The notes beneath the pieces were generated by a model. It did no database searches and was not told the origin of the DNA. It saw only the letters and a program-made list of their open reading frames with translations. Shown here one piece after another: positions 1 to 9,276 of a DNA stretch of 64,000 bases. Every line of letters starts with the position of its first letter. The stretch's first letter is position 1. Source of the DNA: Candidatus Omnitrophota bacterium (lineage in GTDB: Bacteria > Omnitrophota > Gorgyraeia > JABMRG01); assembly GCA_043823785.1 (NCBI GenBank), contig JBDRAM010000042.1, forward strand, positions 1,563-65,562, written 5' to 3'. The position numbers and the translations under genes are program-made.

Positions 1-1
1 T

Positions 2-433
2 ACAGGGGTTGAGATACATCCTGGGGCGTCTATAGGAAAGGGGCTGTTTATAGATCACGGCATGGGCGTTGTTATAGGTGAGACGGCGATAATAGGCGAT
101 AATGTTACTCTTTTTCAGGGCGTAACCCTTGGCGGGACGGGCAAGGAGAGAGGCAAGCGTCACCCGACCATAGGAAACAATGTTGTTGTGGGAACAGGGG
201 CAAAGATCCTTGGCAATATTACGGTAGGGGACAACTCTTACATAGGTGCGAACGCTGTGGTTATTAAAGATGTGCCTCAGAGTTCTACTGTAGTGGGCGT
301 GCCTGGAAGAGTTACTAAACAGGATGGTAAAAAGATAGACATAAGCTTAGATCATATCCATGTCCTCGACCCCATAAAGCAGTCTATGGAGGCCCTTGAG
401 GAAAGGATCAGGGAGTTGGAAAGTAAAAGATAG
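2..433 (+). CDS. cysE: Serine O-acetyltransferase, 5'-truncated at the window edge (C-terminal hexapeptide-repeat LbH domain)
   Basis: Translation from nt 2 gives [41 protein letters not shown], the hexapeptide-repeat core typical of CysE. Stop codon at 431-433. Confidence 0.8.
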   Translation, partial: TGVEIHPGASIGKGLFIDHGMGVVIGETAIIGDNVTLFQGVTLGGTGKERGKRHPTIGNNVVVGTGAKILGNITVGDNSYIGANAVVIKDVPQSSTVVGVPGRVTKQDGKKIDISLDHIHVLDPIKQSMEALEERIRELESKR

Positions 434-479
434 CGTATTGCGCCTGCCTGCCGGCAGGCAGGTATAGCGTATAGATATT

Positions 480-1934
480 ATGAAAATATATAATTCACTG
501 ACTAAGATAAAAGAAGAATTTAAGCCTTTAAACCCGCCAAAAGTAAATATTTATACCTGTGGCGTTACTGTATATGATGAGTGTCATATAGGCCATGCCA
601 GAAGCCTCTATATATTCGATGTCATAAGAAGATACTTAGAGTATAAAAAATTTAAAGTTAACTTCGTCCGCAACATAACTGATATAGATGATAAGATAAT
701 AAACCGTGCTAATGAGCTTAATGCTGATTGGAAGGAACTGGTTGATAAGTACATTGCCAGCTATAATGATGACCTAAAATCTCTGGGCATAGACAAGGGT
801 ATATTAGATAAAGATAAGGAAGAACCCAGAGCTACTAAAAATATACCCGATATGATTAAATATATAAAAGGCCTTATTGACAAAGAGTATGCTTATGAAT
901 CTGGCGGCGATGTATATTTTAGCGTAAGAAAATTCTTTGGTTACGGAAAATTATCCGGACAGAGTATAGACCAGATGCTTGATGGTGTTAGGATTGAATC
1001 CGGAGAAAAGAAGAAAGACCCTCTAGACTTTGCCTTATGGAAGAAATCCAAAGAAGAAGAGCCTTCATGGGATAGCCCATGGGGAAAGGGTAGGCCTGGC
1101 TGGCATATAGAGTGTTCGGTGATGAGCCAAAAGTTTTTAAAGGCAGACACCCTCGACATACATGCGGGCGGCAGAGACCTTATATTTCCGCATCATGAGA
1201 ATGAAATTGCCCAAGCCGAGGCATTTACAGGAAAGCCTTTTACAAACTACTGGATGCATCATGGCTTACTTACTATAAATGGCCAAAAGATGTCAAAATC
1301 GTTAGGTAATTTTATAACAATAAAGGATGCGTTAAGTAAATACAGCCCGGATTCATTAAAGATCTTTTATCTCCAGGCACATTATTCAAGCGCCATAGAT
1401 TTTTCAGATAAAAACATAAAAGAGGCCGGGGCAGCGCTTGAAAGGTTAAGCATATTTATAGATAAGGCGGAAAGAATAGAGGATATAGCGGGCAAAGGCA
1501 AAAATATATTGCCTTCAACTCAAGTTTTTGTAGATCAGGTGAATAATCTTGAGAATAAATTCGTAGAAGCCATGGATGATGATTTCAATACTCCGCAGGC
1601 GCTTAGTTTTTTATTTGAGATGGTCAAAGAGGCTAATAAATGCGAGGTTTTAAAAGATGGAGATATTTTATATACAGCACGAAGCATTAAGAAGTTAAGT
1701 CGTATTTTTGGGCTATCGCTGAAAAGGGAAGAGATCGATACAGAGCTTAAAACATATATTGAAAAAAAGATAAAAGAGCGTGAAGACGCAAGAAAGACTA
1801 AAGATTTCAAAAGAGCAGATGATATAAGAGAAAAGCTGCAGGAAAAAGGGATTGTAATAGAGGATTGCAAAGAAGGAACAACATGGCGAAAGCACACAGC
1901 GCACATAGAAGTTAATGATGAGAGGAAACCGTGA
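480..1934 (+). CDS. cysS: Cysteinyl-tRNA synthetase
   Basis: Class I aaRS motifs HIGH (CHIGHARS) and KMSKS (KMSKSLGNF). 484 aa. Sits directly after cysE. Confidence 0.92.
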   Translation: MKIYNSLTKIKEEFKPLNPPKVNIYTCGVTVYDECHIGHARSLYIFDVIRRYLEYKKFKVNFVRNITDIDDKIINRANELNADWKELVDKYIASYNDDLKSLGIDKGILDKDKEEPRATKNIPDMIKYIKGLIDKEYAYESGGDVYFSVRKFFGYGKLSGQSIDQMLDGVRIESGEKKKDPLDFALWKKSKEEEPSWDSPWGKGRPGWHIECSVMSQKFLKADTLDIHAGGRDLIFPHHENEIAQAEAFTGKPFTNYWMHHGLLTINGQKMSKSLGNFITIKDALSKYSPDSLKIFYLQAHYSSAIDFSDKNIKEAGAALERLSIFIDKAERIEDIAGKGKNILPSTQVFVDQVNNLENKFVEAMDDDFNTPQALSFLFEMVKEANKCEVLKDGDILYTARSIKKLSRIFGLSLKREEIDTELKTYIEKKIKEREDARKTKDFKRADDIREKLQEKGIVIEDCKEGTTWRKHTAHIEVNDERKP

Positions 1935-2626
1935 CCAAGACTCTAAAAAAAGGATTATTCATAACAGTTGAGGGTTCAGAGGGAAGCGGTAAGTCTACCC
2001 AGTCTAAGATGCTTTCGGATTTTCTTAAAAATAAAGGTTTTAAGGTTGTTAATTTTCGTGATCCAGGGGCTACCAAGCTGGGTGAGGACGTGAGAAATAT
2101 ACTCTTAAAGCCGGGTGAGAAACTTGCCGCCACTTCAGAGACTTTACTTTATATGGCTGCCCGCGCGCAGCTTGTTTATGAGAAGATATTACCGGCGCTA
2201 AAGAAAAGAAAGATAGTCATATGCGACAGGTTTACAGATGCCACTGTATGCTATCAGGGCTATGGGTTAGGGGTTGATATAAAGCTGATAGAGGCTTTAA
2301 ATAAATTTGTGACAAATTCTACGATACCGGCTCTTACGTTATTTTTGGATTTAAATATAAAGAAAGGCTTAAAGCGCTCGCATAATGTTAAGGGGTATTC
2401 TGACAGGATAGAGCAAAGGAGCAATAGTTTTCATAAAAAGGTGAGAGAAGGTTATATTGCTCAGGCAAAAAGATTCCCGAAGCGAATAAAAAGAATCATT
2501 GTCGATGGAAACAGCAAGGAGAGAACGCAGGAGATCATAAGGGCGCTGGTTTTAGAGTGTATAAGTAAGAAGGAAAAATTAAAAAGTAAGCGCCTAAAAG
2601 GCGCGCAATCCACCGTAGCCCTATAG
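1931..2626 (+). CDS. tmk: Thymidylate kinase
   Basis: P-loop ITVEGSEGSGKST and a DR(F/Y) motif. 231 aa. The start overlaps the cysS stop (ATGA). Confidence 0.88.
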   Translation: MTKTLKKGLFITVEGSEGSGKSTQSKMLSDFLKNKGFKVVNFRDPGATKLGEDVRNILLKPGEKLAATSETLLYMAARAQLVYEKILPALKKRKIVICDRFTDATVCYQGYGLGVDIKLIEALNKFVTNSTIPALTLFLDLNIKKGLKRSHNVKGYSDRIEQRSNSFHKKVREGYIAQAKRFPKRIKRIIVDGNSKERTQEIIRALVLECISKKEKLKSKRLKGAQSTVAL

Positions 2627-2738
2627 TAGTATCCGCGTGGTAAGGGGCGAAGGCGGATAAAAAGTAAGCGCCTAAAAGGCGCGCAATCCACCGTAGCCCT
2701 ATAGTAGTATCTGCGTAGTAACGGCGAAGGCGGATAAA
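2582..2738. repeat. Tandem dimer of a roughly 79-bp REP-like element (family A)
   Basis: Unit aaagtaagcgcctaaaaggcgcgcaatccaccgtagccctatagtagtatccgcgtggtaaggggcgaaggcggataa at 2582-2660 and 2661-2738. Two internal hairpins, gcgcc-taaaa-ggcgc and tatccgc...gcggata. Confidence 0.8.
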
Positions 2739-2752
2739 AAAGGCAGTTTTAA

Positions 2753-3724
2753 ATGTCATTGAGCGATATTAAGGGGCAGGAAAGGGCGGTTGAGATTCTA
2801 AGAAGGAGTGTTCAGCAGGAAAGAATAGCTCACGCTTATCTATTTCTTGGGCCTTCCGGAACAGGGAAGAAAAAAACAGCTTTAGAATTCGCCAAACTGC
2901 TGAATTGTGAAAGCTCAGGAAGCGATTCCTGCGGGCACTGCTCTTCCTGCATCAAGATAGAGAAATCTATACACCCAGATGTATCAGTTATATTTAAGGA
3001 TGCTAACCTATCTTTTATACCCATAGATAAGATAAGAGATATACAGCGCAGGATAGCTCTGAAAGCCTTTGAGGCAAAGTATAAGATAGCTATTATCGCG
3101 GATGCTGAAGATATGAGCGAGGAGGCCTCAAACTGCCTTCTTAAGGTGCTTGAAGAGCCTACCCCTGATACCTTGTTGATATTGACTATATCAAGCCAGA
3201 GAAGGATACCTGCCACTGTTATATCCAGATGTCAGATAATAAGGTTTAGGCCGCTTACCATAGATGAGGTCAATAATATATTGATTAAGGATTTTTCAAT
3301 AGAGGAGAAGGAGGCCAAATTCTTATCCGCCCTTTCAGGGGCCAGTATATCAAAGGCTCTGATCTTGAAGGATAAAGACGCTCTTTTATGGAAAAACTTA
3401 GTTATCGATGAGTTTAATAGCTACAGATCCAGGCTTGGCAGCATTGAGGATTCTGTTTTATCCAATGAGCGCAAGATACATATGGAGGCCATGGACATAC
3501 TTATTGGCTTTTACCGGGATGTGCTTGTATATAAATTTGTCAAGGATGATAACATGATAATAAACATAGACAGAATAAAAGATATAGAAGACTTAGCCGA
3601 AAGAGCCGAGGCAGAGAAGATCAGTGAAGCGATCAAGGATATCGAAGAGGCCAGATCGTCCATATCTTCTAATGCCAATTTGAAATTGGCTATAAGTGTT
3701 CTTAAGGAGAATCTCGCTTTTTAA
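2753..3724 (+). CDS. holB: DNA polymerase III delta-prime subunit
   Basis: AHAYLFLGPSGTGKKK Walker A and a CxxC...CxxC zinc module (CGHCSSC). tmk-holB order as in many bacteria. Confidence 0.8.
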   Translation: MSLSDIKGQERAVEILRRSVQQERIAHAYLFLGPSGTGKKKTALEFAKLLNCESSGSDSCGHCSSCIKIEKSIHPDVSVIFKDANLSFIPIDKIRDIQRRIALKAFEAKYKIAIIADAEDMSEEASNCLLKVLEEPTPDTLLILTISSQRRIPATVISRCQIIRFRPLTIDEVNNILIKDFSIEEKEAKFLSALSGASISKALILKDKDALLWKNLVIDEFNSYRSRLGSIEDSVLSNERKIHMEAMDILIGFYRDVLVYKFVKDDNMIINIDRIKDIEDLAERAEAEKISEAIKDIEEARSSISSNANLKLAISVLKENLAF

Positions 3725-3732
3725 AAGCGTAT

Positions 3733-3820
3733 AGCTATAGAGGCCTAGGGTGCAGGCACTAGGGTCTTGGGTTTTAAGCAATTGTGCCCTTCACCCTACA
3801 CCCTACAACCTACAGCCTAT
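3733..3820. repeat. TAGGGT-rich long imperfect palindrome (family B), copy 1
   Basis: agctatagaggcctagggtgcaggcactagggtcttgggttttaagcaattgtgcccttcaccctacaccctacaacctacagcctat. Confidence 0.75.
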
Positions 3821-3847
3821 TATTTACAGTTTAATAAGGGAGTTACT

Positions 3848-4648
3848 ATGATAAAGGTCGTGGAGGTAAAACAAAGGGAAGAAGGAAAGGCCACATATTA
3901 TTCAATAGGTGAGCTTTCTCCTTCCGCGGGAGACTACGTAATAGTAGAATCAGATAGGGGCCTGGATTACGGACAGGTCTTGTCGGGAGAAGAGGTTCTT
4001 TTGGATACAGATATCCTTCCGGAGCCGCTGCGTAAGATTGTGCGTATCGCAAGCAAAGGCGACATGGAAAAAATAGAGCGTAACCAGCAGAAAGCAAAAG
4101 AGGTAATAAAGACCTGTGATAAAAAAATAGCAGAGCATAAACTTGATATGAAATTGATAGATGTAGAGCTCTCCTTTGACTGCAGTAAGATAATATTTTA
4201 TTTTACAGCTGAAGAGAGGGTTGATTTCAGGGACCTTGTAAAGGATCTTGCCAAGATATTCAAGGCCCGCATAGAACTGAAACAGGTAGGTGTGCGCGAT
4301 GAGACAAAGATGTTTGGGGGTTTTGGGCAATGCGGCAGAGAACTCTGCTGCGCAAGATTCCTCAAAGATTTTGAACCTGTTACAATAAAAATGGCCAAAG
4401 ACCAATGCCTTCCGCTTAACCCGACAAAGATATCAGGAGTCTGCGGAAGGCTTATGTGCTGCCTATCATTTGAACACAAGTGCTATAAGGAGCTTGCCAA
4501 GGGCTTGCCAAGGGCCGGACAGCGAGTAAAGACAAAAGAAGGCGCAGGCAAGATAGTAGATGTGAATTTTTTAAAGCGTACAGCGACTGTGGAAATGGAA
4601 GACGGCAGGCAGATTAAGATAAACTATGATAAAGAAAGTAAAAAGTAA
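3848..4648 (+). CDS. ricT: PSP1-domain protein RicT/YaaT-like (Cys-rich)
   Basis: Cys-rich PSP1 signature CGRELCCARFLKDFEPVTIKMAKDQ...CGRLMCCLSFE. The start is moved to ATG 3848 (MIKVVEVKQ), preceded by AAGGGAG; the track ORF begins inside the upstream repeat. holB-yaaT synteny. Confidence 0.8.
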   Translation: MIKVVEVKQREEGKATYYSIGELSPSAGDYVIVESDRGLDYGQVLSGEEVLLDTDILPEPLRKIVRIASKGDMEKIERNQQKAKEVIKTCDKKIAEHKLDMKLIDVELSFDCSKIIFYFTAEERVDFRDLVKDLAKIFKARIELKQVGVRDETKMFGGFGQCGRELCCARFLKDFEPVTIKMAKDQCLPLNPTKISGVCGRLMCCLSFEHKCYKELAKGLPRAGQRVKTKEGAGKIVDVNFLKRTATVEMEDGRQIKINYDKESKK

Positions 4649-4660
4649 AGCTTAGCGGTT

Positions 4661-4741
4661 AGCTATAGAGGTCTAGGGTGCAGGTCCTAGGGTCTAGGGT
4701 TTTAAGCCATTACACCCTACGCCCTAGAGCCTACACCCTAT
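4661..4741. repeat. Family B copy 2
   Basis: agctatagaggtctagggtgcaggtcctagggtctagggttttaagccattacaccctacgccctagagcctacaccctat. About 85% identical to copy 1. Confidence 0.75.
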
Positions 4742-4757
4742 AATACAGGAATTATAT

Positions 4758-6290
4758 ATGACTAAAAAGGTGTTTTACATTACTACCCCGCTGTATTACG
4801 TGAATGCCAAGCCGCACATAGGCCATTCCTATACAGAGGTCGCGTGTGATTGTATCGCGCGCTACAAAAGGATGAGCGGGGATAAGGTATTGTTTTTAAC
4901 AGGCACAGATGAACATGGGCAGAAAGTGCAGCGCTCTGCTGAGGCTGAAGGCAAAAATACATTGGAATTCATAGATTCCGTTGTTTTTAAATTTAAAGAC
5001 CTCTGGAAGAGATTGGATATATCCTACGACGACTTTATAAGAACCACTGAAGACAGGCACAAGAAGGTTGTGAAAAAGATATTAACCATACTCTACGATA
5101 AGGGAGACATATATCAGGATGAATATAAAGGGTTCTATTGCACGCCCTGCGAGACATTTTGGCCTAAGCTTCAGATAGAAGAGAACCTTTGCCCTGATTG
5201 CAAGCGAAAACTTGAAGAGATATCCGAGACAAATTACTTTTTTAAACTGTCTAAGTATCAGGGCTGGCTTAAGGATTATATAAAGGAACACGATGATTTT
5301 ATAAAGCCGGATTTTCGAAGAAATGAGGTTCTGGGGTATCTTGATGAGCCTCTGAACGACCTGTGTATATCGAGGCCGCGCCAGAGGTTATCATGGGGCA
5401 TAGAGATACCTTTTGCCAAAGGCCATGTTACCTATGTATGGTTTGATGCTCTGGTAAATTATATCAGCGCCTGCGGATGGGGAGAGGATGAGAATAGATT
5501 TAAGAGTTTATGGCCCGCGGATTTTCATGTCATAGGTAAGGATATTTTACGGCCCCATGCGGTCTATTGGCCTATGATGCTTTATGCCGCGGGCATCGAA
5601 CCTCCAAAATCCATATTCGCGCACGGCTGGTGGATGCTCAGCGGAGAAAAGATCTCAAAATCGAAGGGTAATATTATAGATCCTTTTGAGATGATAGAGA
5701 AATATGGCCATAATGCCTACAGGTATTTTCTGCTGCGTGAGGTAACATTTGGCTTGGACGGAACTTTTTCGGAAGAGGCCTTTATCACAAGATTTAACAG
5801 TGACCTTGCCAATGACCTTGGCAATCTGCTAAACCGTACCTTGACTATGGTCGAGAAGTATTTTGACGGTATTATACCGGATAGAGGCGAAATGAGCGAA
5901 GCTGATATAGAACTTGAAGATAAGTTGTATGCGCTGCCCGCTAAAATAGACAGTATTATCTTAGGATTTAATTTTAGCCAGGCGCTTATGGCTATATGGG
6001 AGATAATAAATAATGCCAATAAGCATATAGAGTCCCAGGCTCCGTGGCAGCTCGCAAAGGCCAAGCAGGCAGAAAGGCTCAAGGCTGTTATCCATATTCT
6101 TGTTAAGGTGCTTTCTCATCTAAGTTTTATTATATATCCCTTTATGCCTGACGCGGCCTTAAATATGATGGGCCAGATCGGCATGGATATCAAAGAAGAA
6201 GATATTTTATTGGACAAGCTAAAGGGAGAATTGTTGAAACCCGGAACAAAGATCAGCAAAGGAAAACCGATATTTCCTCGAATAATTTAG
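4758..6290 (+). CDS. metG: Methionyl-tRNA synthetase (short form, no C-terminal tRNA-binding extension)
   Basis: HIGHSYT and KISKSKGN motifs. CPxC...CPDC zinc knuckle. 510 aa. Confidence 0.92.
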   Translation: MTKKVFYITTPLYYVNAKPHIGHSYTEVACDCIARYKRMSGDKVLFLTGTDEHGQKVQRSAEAEGKNTLEFIDSVVFKFKDLWKRLDISYDDFIRTTEDRHKKVVKKILTILYDKGDIYQDEYKGFYCTPCETFWPKLQIEENLCPDCKRKLEEISETNYFFKLSKYQGWLKDYIKEHDDFIKPDFRRNEVLGYLDEPLNDLCISRPRQRLSWGIEIPFAKGHVTYVWFDALVNYISACGWGEDENRFKSLWPADFHVIGKDILRPHAVYWPMMLYAAGIEPPKSIFAHGWWMLSGEKISKSKGNIIDPFEMIEKYGHNAYRYFLLREVTFGLDGTFSEEAFITRFNSDLANDLGNLLNRTLTMVEKYFDGIIPDRGEMSEADIELEDKLYALPAKIDSIILGFNFSQALMAIWEIINNANKHIESQAPWQLAKAKQAERLKAVIHILVKVLSHLSFIIYPFMPDAALNMMGQIGMDIKEEDILLDKLKGELLKPGTKISKGKPIFPRII

Positions 6291-6296
6291 GATCTC

Positions 6297-7088
6297 ATGC
6301 TAATAGAAACACATGCCCATTTGGATTTTCCGGAGTATGATGACGATTTCGACGATGTTATAAAGCGGGCGAATGACTCCGGAGTCGGTATTATTATTAA
6401 TGTTTCAGCAAGCATAGAGAGCAACTTAAGGTCAGTAGCTTTAAGCCGAAAGTACGATTGCATATACTCATCCTGCGGCGTTCATCCCCACGACTCGAAA
6501 CTTGTTACCTCCGATACTGTCAATGAGATAAAGTCTCTTATATTATCATCAGACAAGGTTGTAGCGATAGGCGAAGTCGGTTTAGATTTTTATAAAAACA
6601 TATCCCCCAGAGACAGCCAGGAAAAGATTTTTGTTAAATTCGTAAACCTCTCCAAGGAATTAGATTTGCCGCTTATAATACACTGCCGAAATGAATCAGC
6701 CAATAAGAAAGACGCTTCAGCCCAGGCGCTTAAGATAATGAAACAGTACTTAGGCGCGCCCTTAAGGGGCGTTATGCATTGTTTTTCAGGAGATAAAACA
6801 TTGTTAAGAGAATATCTTGACGCGGGGTTGTATGTGTCATTTACCTGCAATGTTACCTTTGAGAGAGCAGAGGGCTTAAGAGAGGTGCTTAAATATGTTC
6901 CTGTTGAGAGGCTTCTTCTTGAGACAGATTGTCCGTTTTTAGCCCCTCAGGCAAAGAGAGGTGAGCGCAATGAACCGGCATATCTTCAATATCTGGTTAA
7001 TACTGTATCAGAATCTCTTAACATATCAAAGCAGGAAGTAGCGGACATTACCACACAAAACGCCAAGAGGTTATTCAATATATCGTGA
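6297..7088 (+). CDS. tatD: TatD-family metal-dependent DNase/hydrolase
   Basis: N-terminal ETHAHLDF motif, internal H/D/E metal ligands, 263 aa. Follows metG as in many genomes. Confidence 0.85.
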   Translation: MLIETHAHLDFPEYDDDFDDVIKRANDSGVGIIINVSASIESNLRSVALSRKYDCIYSSCGVHPHDSKLVTSDTVNEIKSLILSSDKVVAIGEVGLDFYKNISPRDSQEKIFVKFVNLSKELDLPLIIHCRNESANKKDASAQALKIMKQYLGAPLRGVMHCFSGDKTLLREYLDAGLYVSFTCNVTFERAEGLREVLKYVPVERLLLETDCPFLAPQAKRGERNEPAYLQYLVNTVSESLNISKQEVADITTQNAKRLFNIS

Positions 7089-8149
7089 TAAATAAAATAA
7101 GAGATATAATAAATAAAAACCGCCTTTATTCGTGTATGGCGGTATTTATTATATTGATCCAGGCCGCTGCTCTTATGACTGGTAATAGTGAGGATATATC
7201 TGAAGAAAAGAGATCCTTATCATCTGATGAGTTAAAAGAGCAGATGGAACTGAGGCAAGAGGCTTTCAGGCAGATCATAAAAAAAGACCAGAGGCTTGCC
7301 GCGAATATGGGGTTCTTATCTTTATTTATGATCATAATTTTTATAACAGGCATAGTATTTCTCGCAGATTATATTAATAAAAGGAAGAGATATAATATAG
7401 AACTTATACCAAAGACTCTTGACGCGCCACCGCCTCTTTGGTCACCCGGCGATGTTTTAAAGGTGATAATACTGATCCTGTTTTTCAGCCAGATTTTTTT
7501 CATATTTGCCGCTTTTTTAGATAAAATTTTTTATAACAGAAGCATGGATAAGCGCTCAGGGATAATAGCCTCAACAGTATTCACGGATATCCTTATTTTT
7601 ATGCTGGTACTTAAGGTTGTCATGGAAAAATATAGGCAGAGCATAGCGGCCCTGGGCATATCCTTTAAATCTTTTTTAAGAAACATTGGTATCGCGCTGT
7701 ATTCATATATAGGATTTCTGCCTGTGCTGGCAGTTATTTTTGTAACAATTTTAACAGCGGCAAAGGTCTTTAACTACAGCCCGCCCCCTCAACCCATATA
7801 TGAGCTTATATTTGAAGAAAAGCGCGTTTTTCTTCTTCTTATGATCTCAATTATGATTTCTATGGTAGGCCCTTTTATCGAAGAGGTTTTTTTCAGAGGG
7901 TTTTTGTACGCCGCGTTGAGGAGAAGGCTAAGCGCATCTTTAAGCATCTTCATAAGCGCGTTTTTCTTCTCTTTACTCCACGCGAACCTACTTGGATTTT
8001 TTCCTATTTTGGCACTGGGCATGTTTTTGGCATATTTAAGAGAAAAGACAAATTCACTCATACCTTCTATAGCTGTCCACATACTGCATAATACAGCTTT
8101 GACATGCATGATGTTTTTTGTTCGCGAGATAACATCTAAAACTATTTAA
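7085..8149 (+). CDS. CPBP (CAAX) family intramembrane glutamic endopeptidase
   Basis: Polytopic protein. CPBP motifs EEVFFRG (EExxxR), FxxxH (SLLHAN) and HxxxN (HILHN). Confidence 0.7.
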   Translation: MINKIRDIINKNRLYSCMAVFIILIQAAALMTGNSEDISEEKRSLSSDELKEQMELRQEAFRQIIKKDQRLAANMGFLSLFMIIIFITGIVFLADYINKRKRYNIELIPKTLDAPPPLWSPGDVLKVIILILFFSQIFFIFAAFLDKIFYNRSMDKRSGIIASTVFTDILIFMLVLKVVMEKYRQSIAALGISFKSFLRNIGIALYSYIGFLPVLAVIFVTILTAAKVFNYSPPPQPIYELIFEEKRVFLLLMISIMISMVGPFIEEVFFRGFLYAALRRRLSASLSIFISAFFFSLLHANLLGFFPILALGMFLAYLREKTNSLIPSIAVHILHNTALTCMMFFVREITSKTI

Positions 8150-8190
8150 AAGATAGGGCGCCACAAAAGTGACGCCCTTGATTACAAAGA

Positions 8191-9276
8191 TTGTCAAATG
8201 ACAGATTACAGAGATTGTTTATCGATCGGGAGGCGATTATGATATGTAAGACAATAGTATATAAAGGCGGCAGGCTGAAGATCATAGACCAGAGAGCCCT
8301 GCCTCAAAGGTTGATATTCAAACAATGCGGTAATATAAAGGATATTAATTATTATATAAGAACGCTTGCGGTAAGGGGTGCGCCGGCAATAGGCGTCTTT
8401 GCGGCATACGGACTTTATGTTTCAGTTAAAGACATAAAGATTTCAAACCAGAAGTTGTTTCTCGATAAGCTCAGCGATGCAGTAGGCTATCTTAAAGGGA
8501 GCCGGCCCACAGCTGTAAATCTTTTCTGGGCACTTGATAGGATGAAAGACGCCGCGTTAAAAAACCGCGATAGATCAGTAGGCAGGATAAAGAGGATTCT
8601 GCTGGATGAAGCAAAAAAGATCCATAAGGAAGATAAGCTTATGTGTGAAAGGATTGGCAGAAACGGCGCAAGGCTCATAAGGTCAGGCGATAGGATACTT
8701 ACGCATTGTAACGCGGGTTTGCTTGCGACATCCGGCGAAGGAACGGCGCTTGCGGTTATCTATAGAGCCAAGAAAGACGGTAAAAGAATAAAGGTCTACG
8801 CGGATGAGACCAGGCCTTTGCTGCAGGGCGCGCGCCTTACAACCTGGGAGCTTAAGAAAAGCGGTATTGATGTTACATTGATATGTGATAATATGGCAGC
8901 GTCTCTTATGAGGCAGAAAGGCATAGATAAGATCATAGTGGGCGCGGACAGGATCGCGAGAAACGGAGATTTCGCGAATAAGATAGGGACGTATGGCTTA
9001 GCTGTACTCGCGAAGGCGCACAATATACCCTTCTATGTCGCTGCTCCGAGCTCAACTTTAGACCTAGACTTAAGAAATGGCAAAGATATACCTATTGAAC
9101 ATAGAGACCCTGATGAGGTAAGAAAGATAAAAGGAATATATACAGCGCCTAGGGATGTGAAAGTTTATAACCCTGCTTTTGACGTGACTCCAAACAATCT
9201 TATAACCGCTATAATAACTGAAAAAGGTGTATTTAAAAAGCCGTTTAAATATCTGGCGAAAAGATCTAAATGCTAA
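8191..9276 (+). CDS. mtnA: S-methyl-5-thioribose-1-phosphate isomerase / eIF-2B-related family
   Basis: eIF-2B/MtnA-like length of 361 aa and conserved blocks GAPAIGVFAAYG and NLFWALDR. The start may be the downstream ATG (MICKT). Confidence 0.7.
   Translation: MSNDRLQRLFIDREAIMICKTIVYKGGRLKIIDQRALPQRLIFKQCGNIKDINYYIRTLAVRGAPAIGVFAAYGLYVSVKDIKISNQKLFLDKLSDAVGYLKGSRPTAVNLFWALDRMKDAALKNRDRSVGRIKRILLDEAKKIHKEDKLMCERIGRNGARLIRSGDRILTHCNAGLLATSGEGTALAVIYRAKKDGKRIKVYADETRPLLQGARLTTWELKKSGIDVTLICDNMAASLMRQKGIDKIIVGADRIARNGDFANKIGTYGLAVLAKAHNIPFYVAAPSSTLDLDLRNGKDIPIEHRDPDEVRKIKGIYTAPRDVKVYNPAFDVTPNNLITAIITEKGVFKKPFKYLAKRSKC

Noticed and set aside
1535-2133. Minus-strand ORFs of 63-123 aa inside cysS and tmk
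   Set aside because: They are antisense to strongly supported housekeeping CDSs and have low-complexity composition.
2582-2738. CRISPR array (the tandem 79-bp repeats)
   Set aside because: There are only two units and no unique spacer between them, and the unit is far longer than a CRISPR repeat. No cas genes are present.
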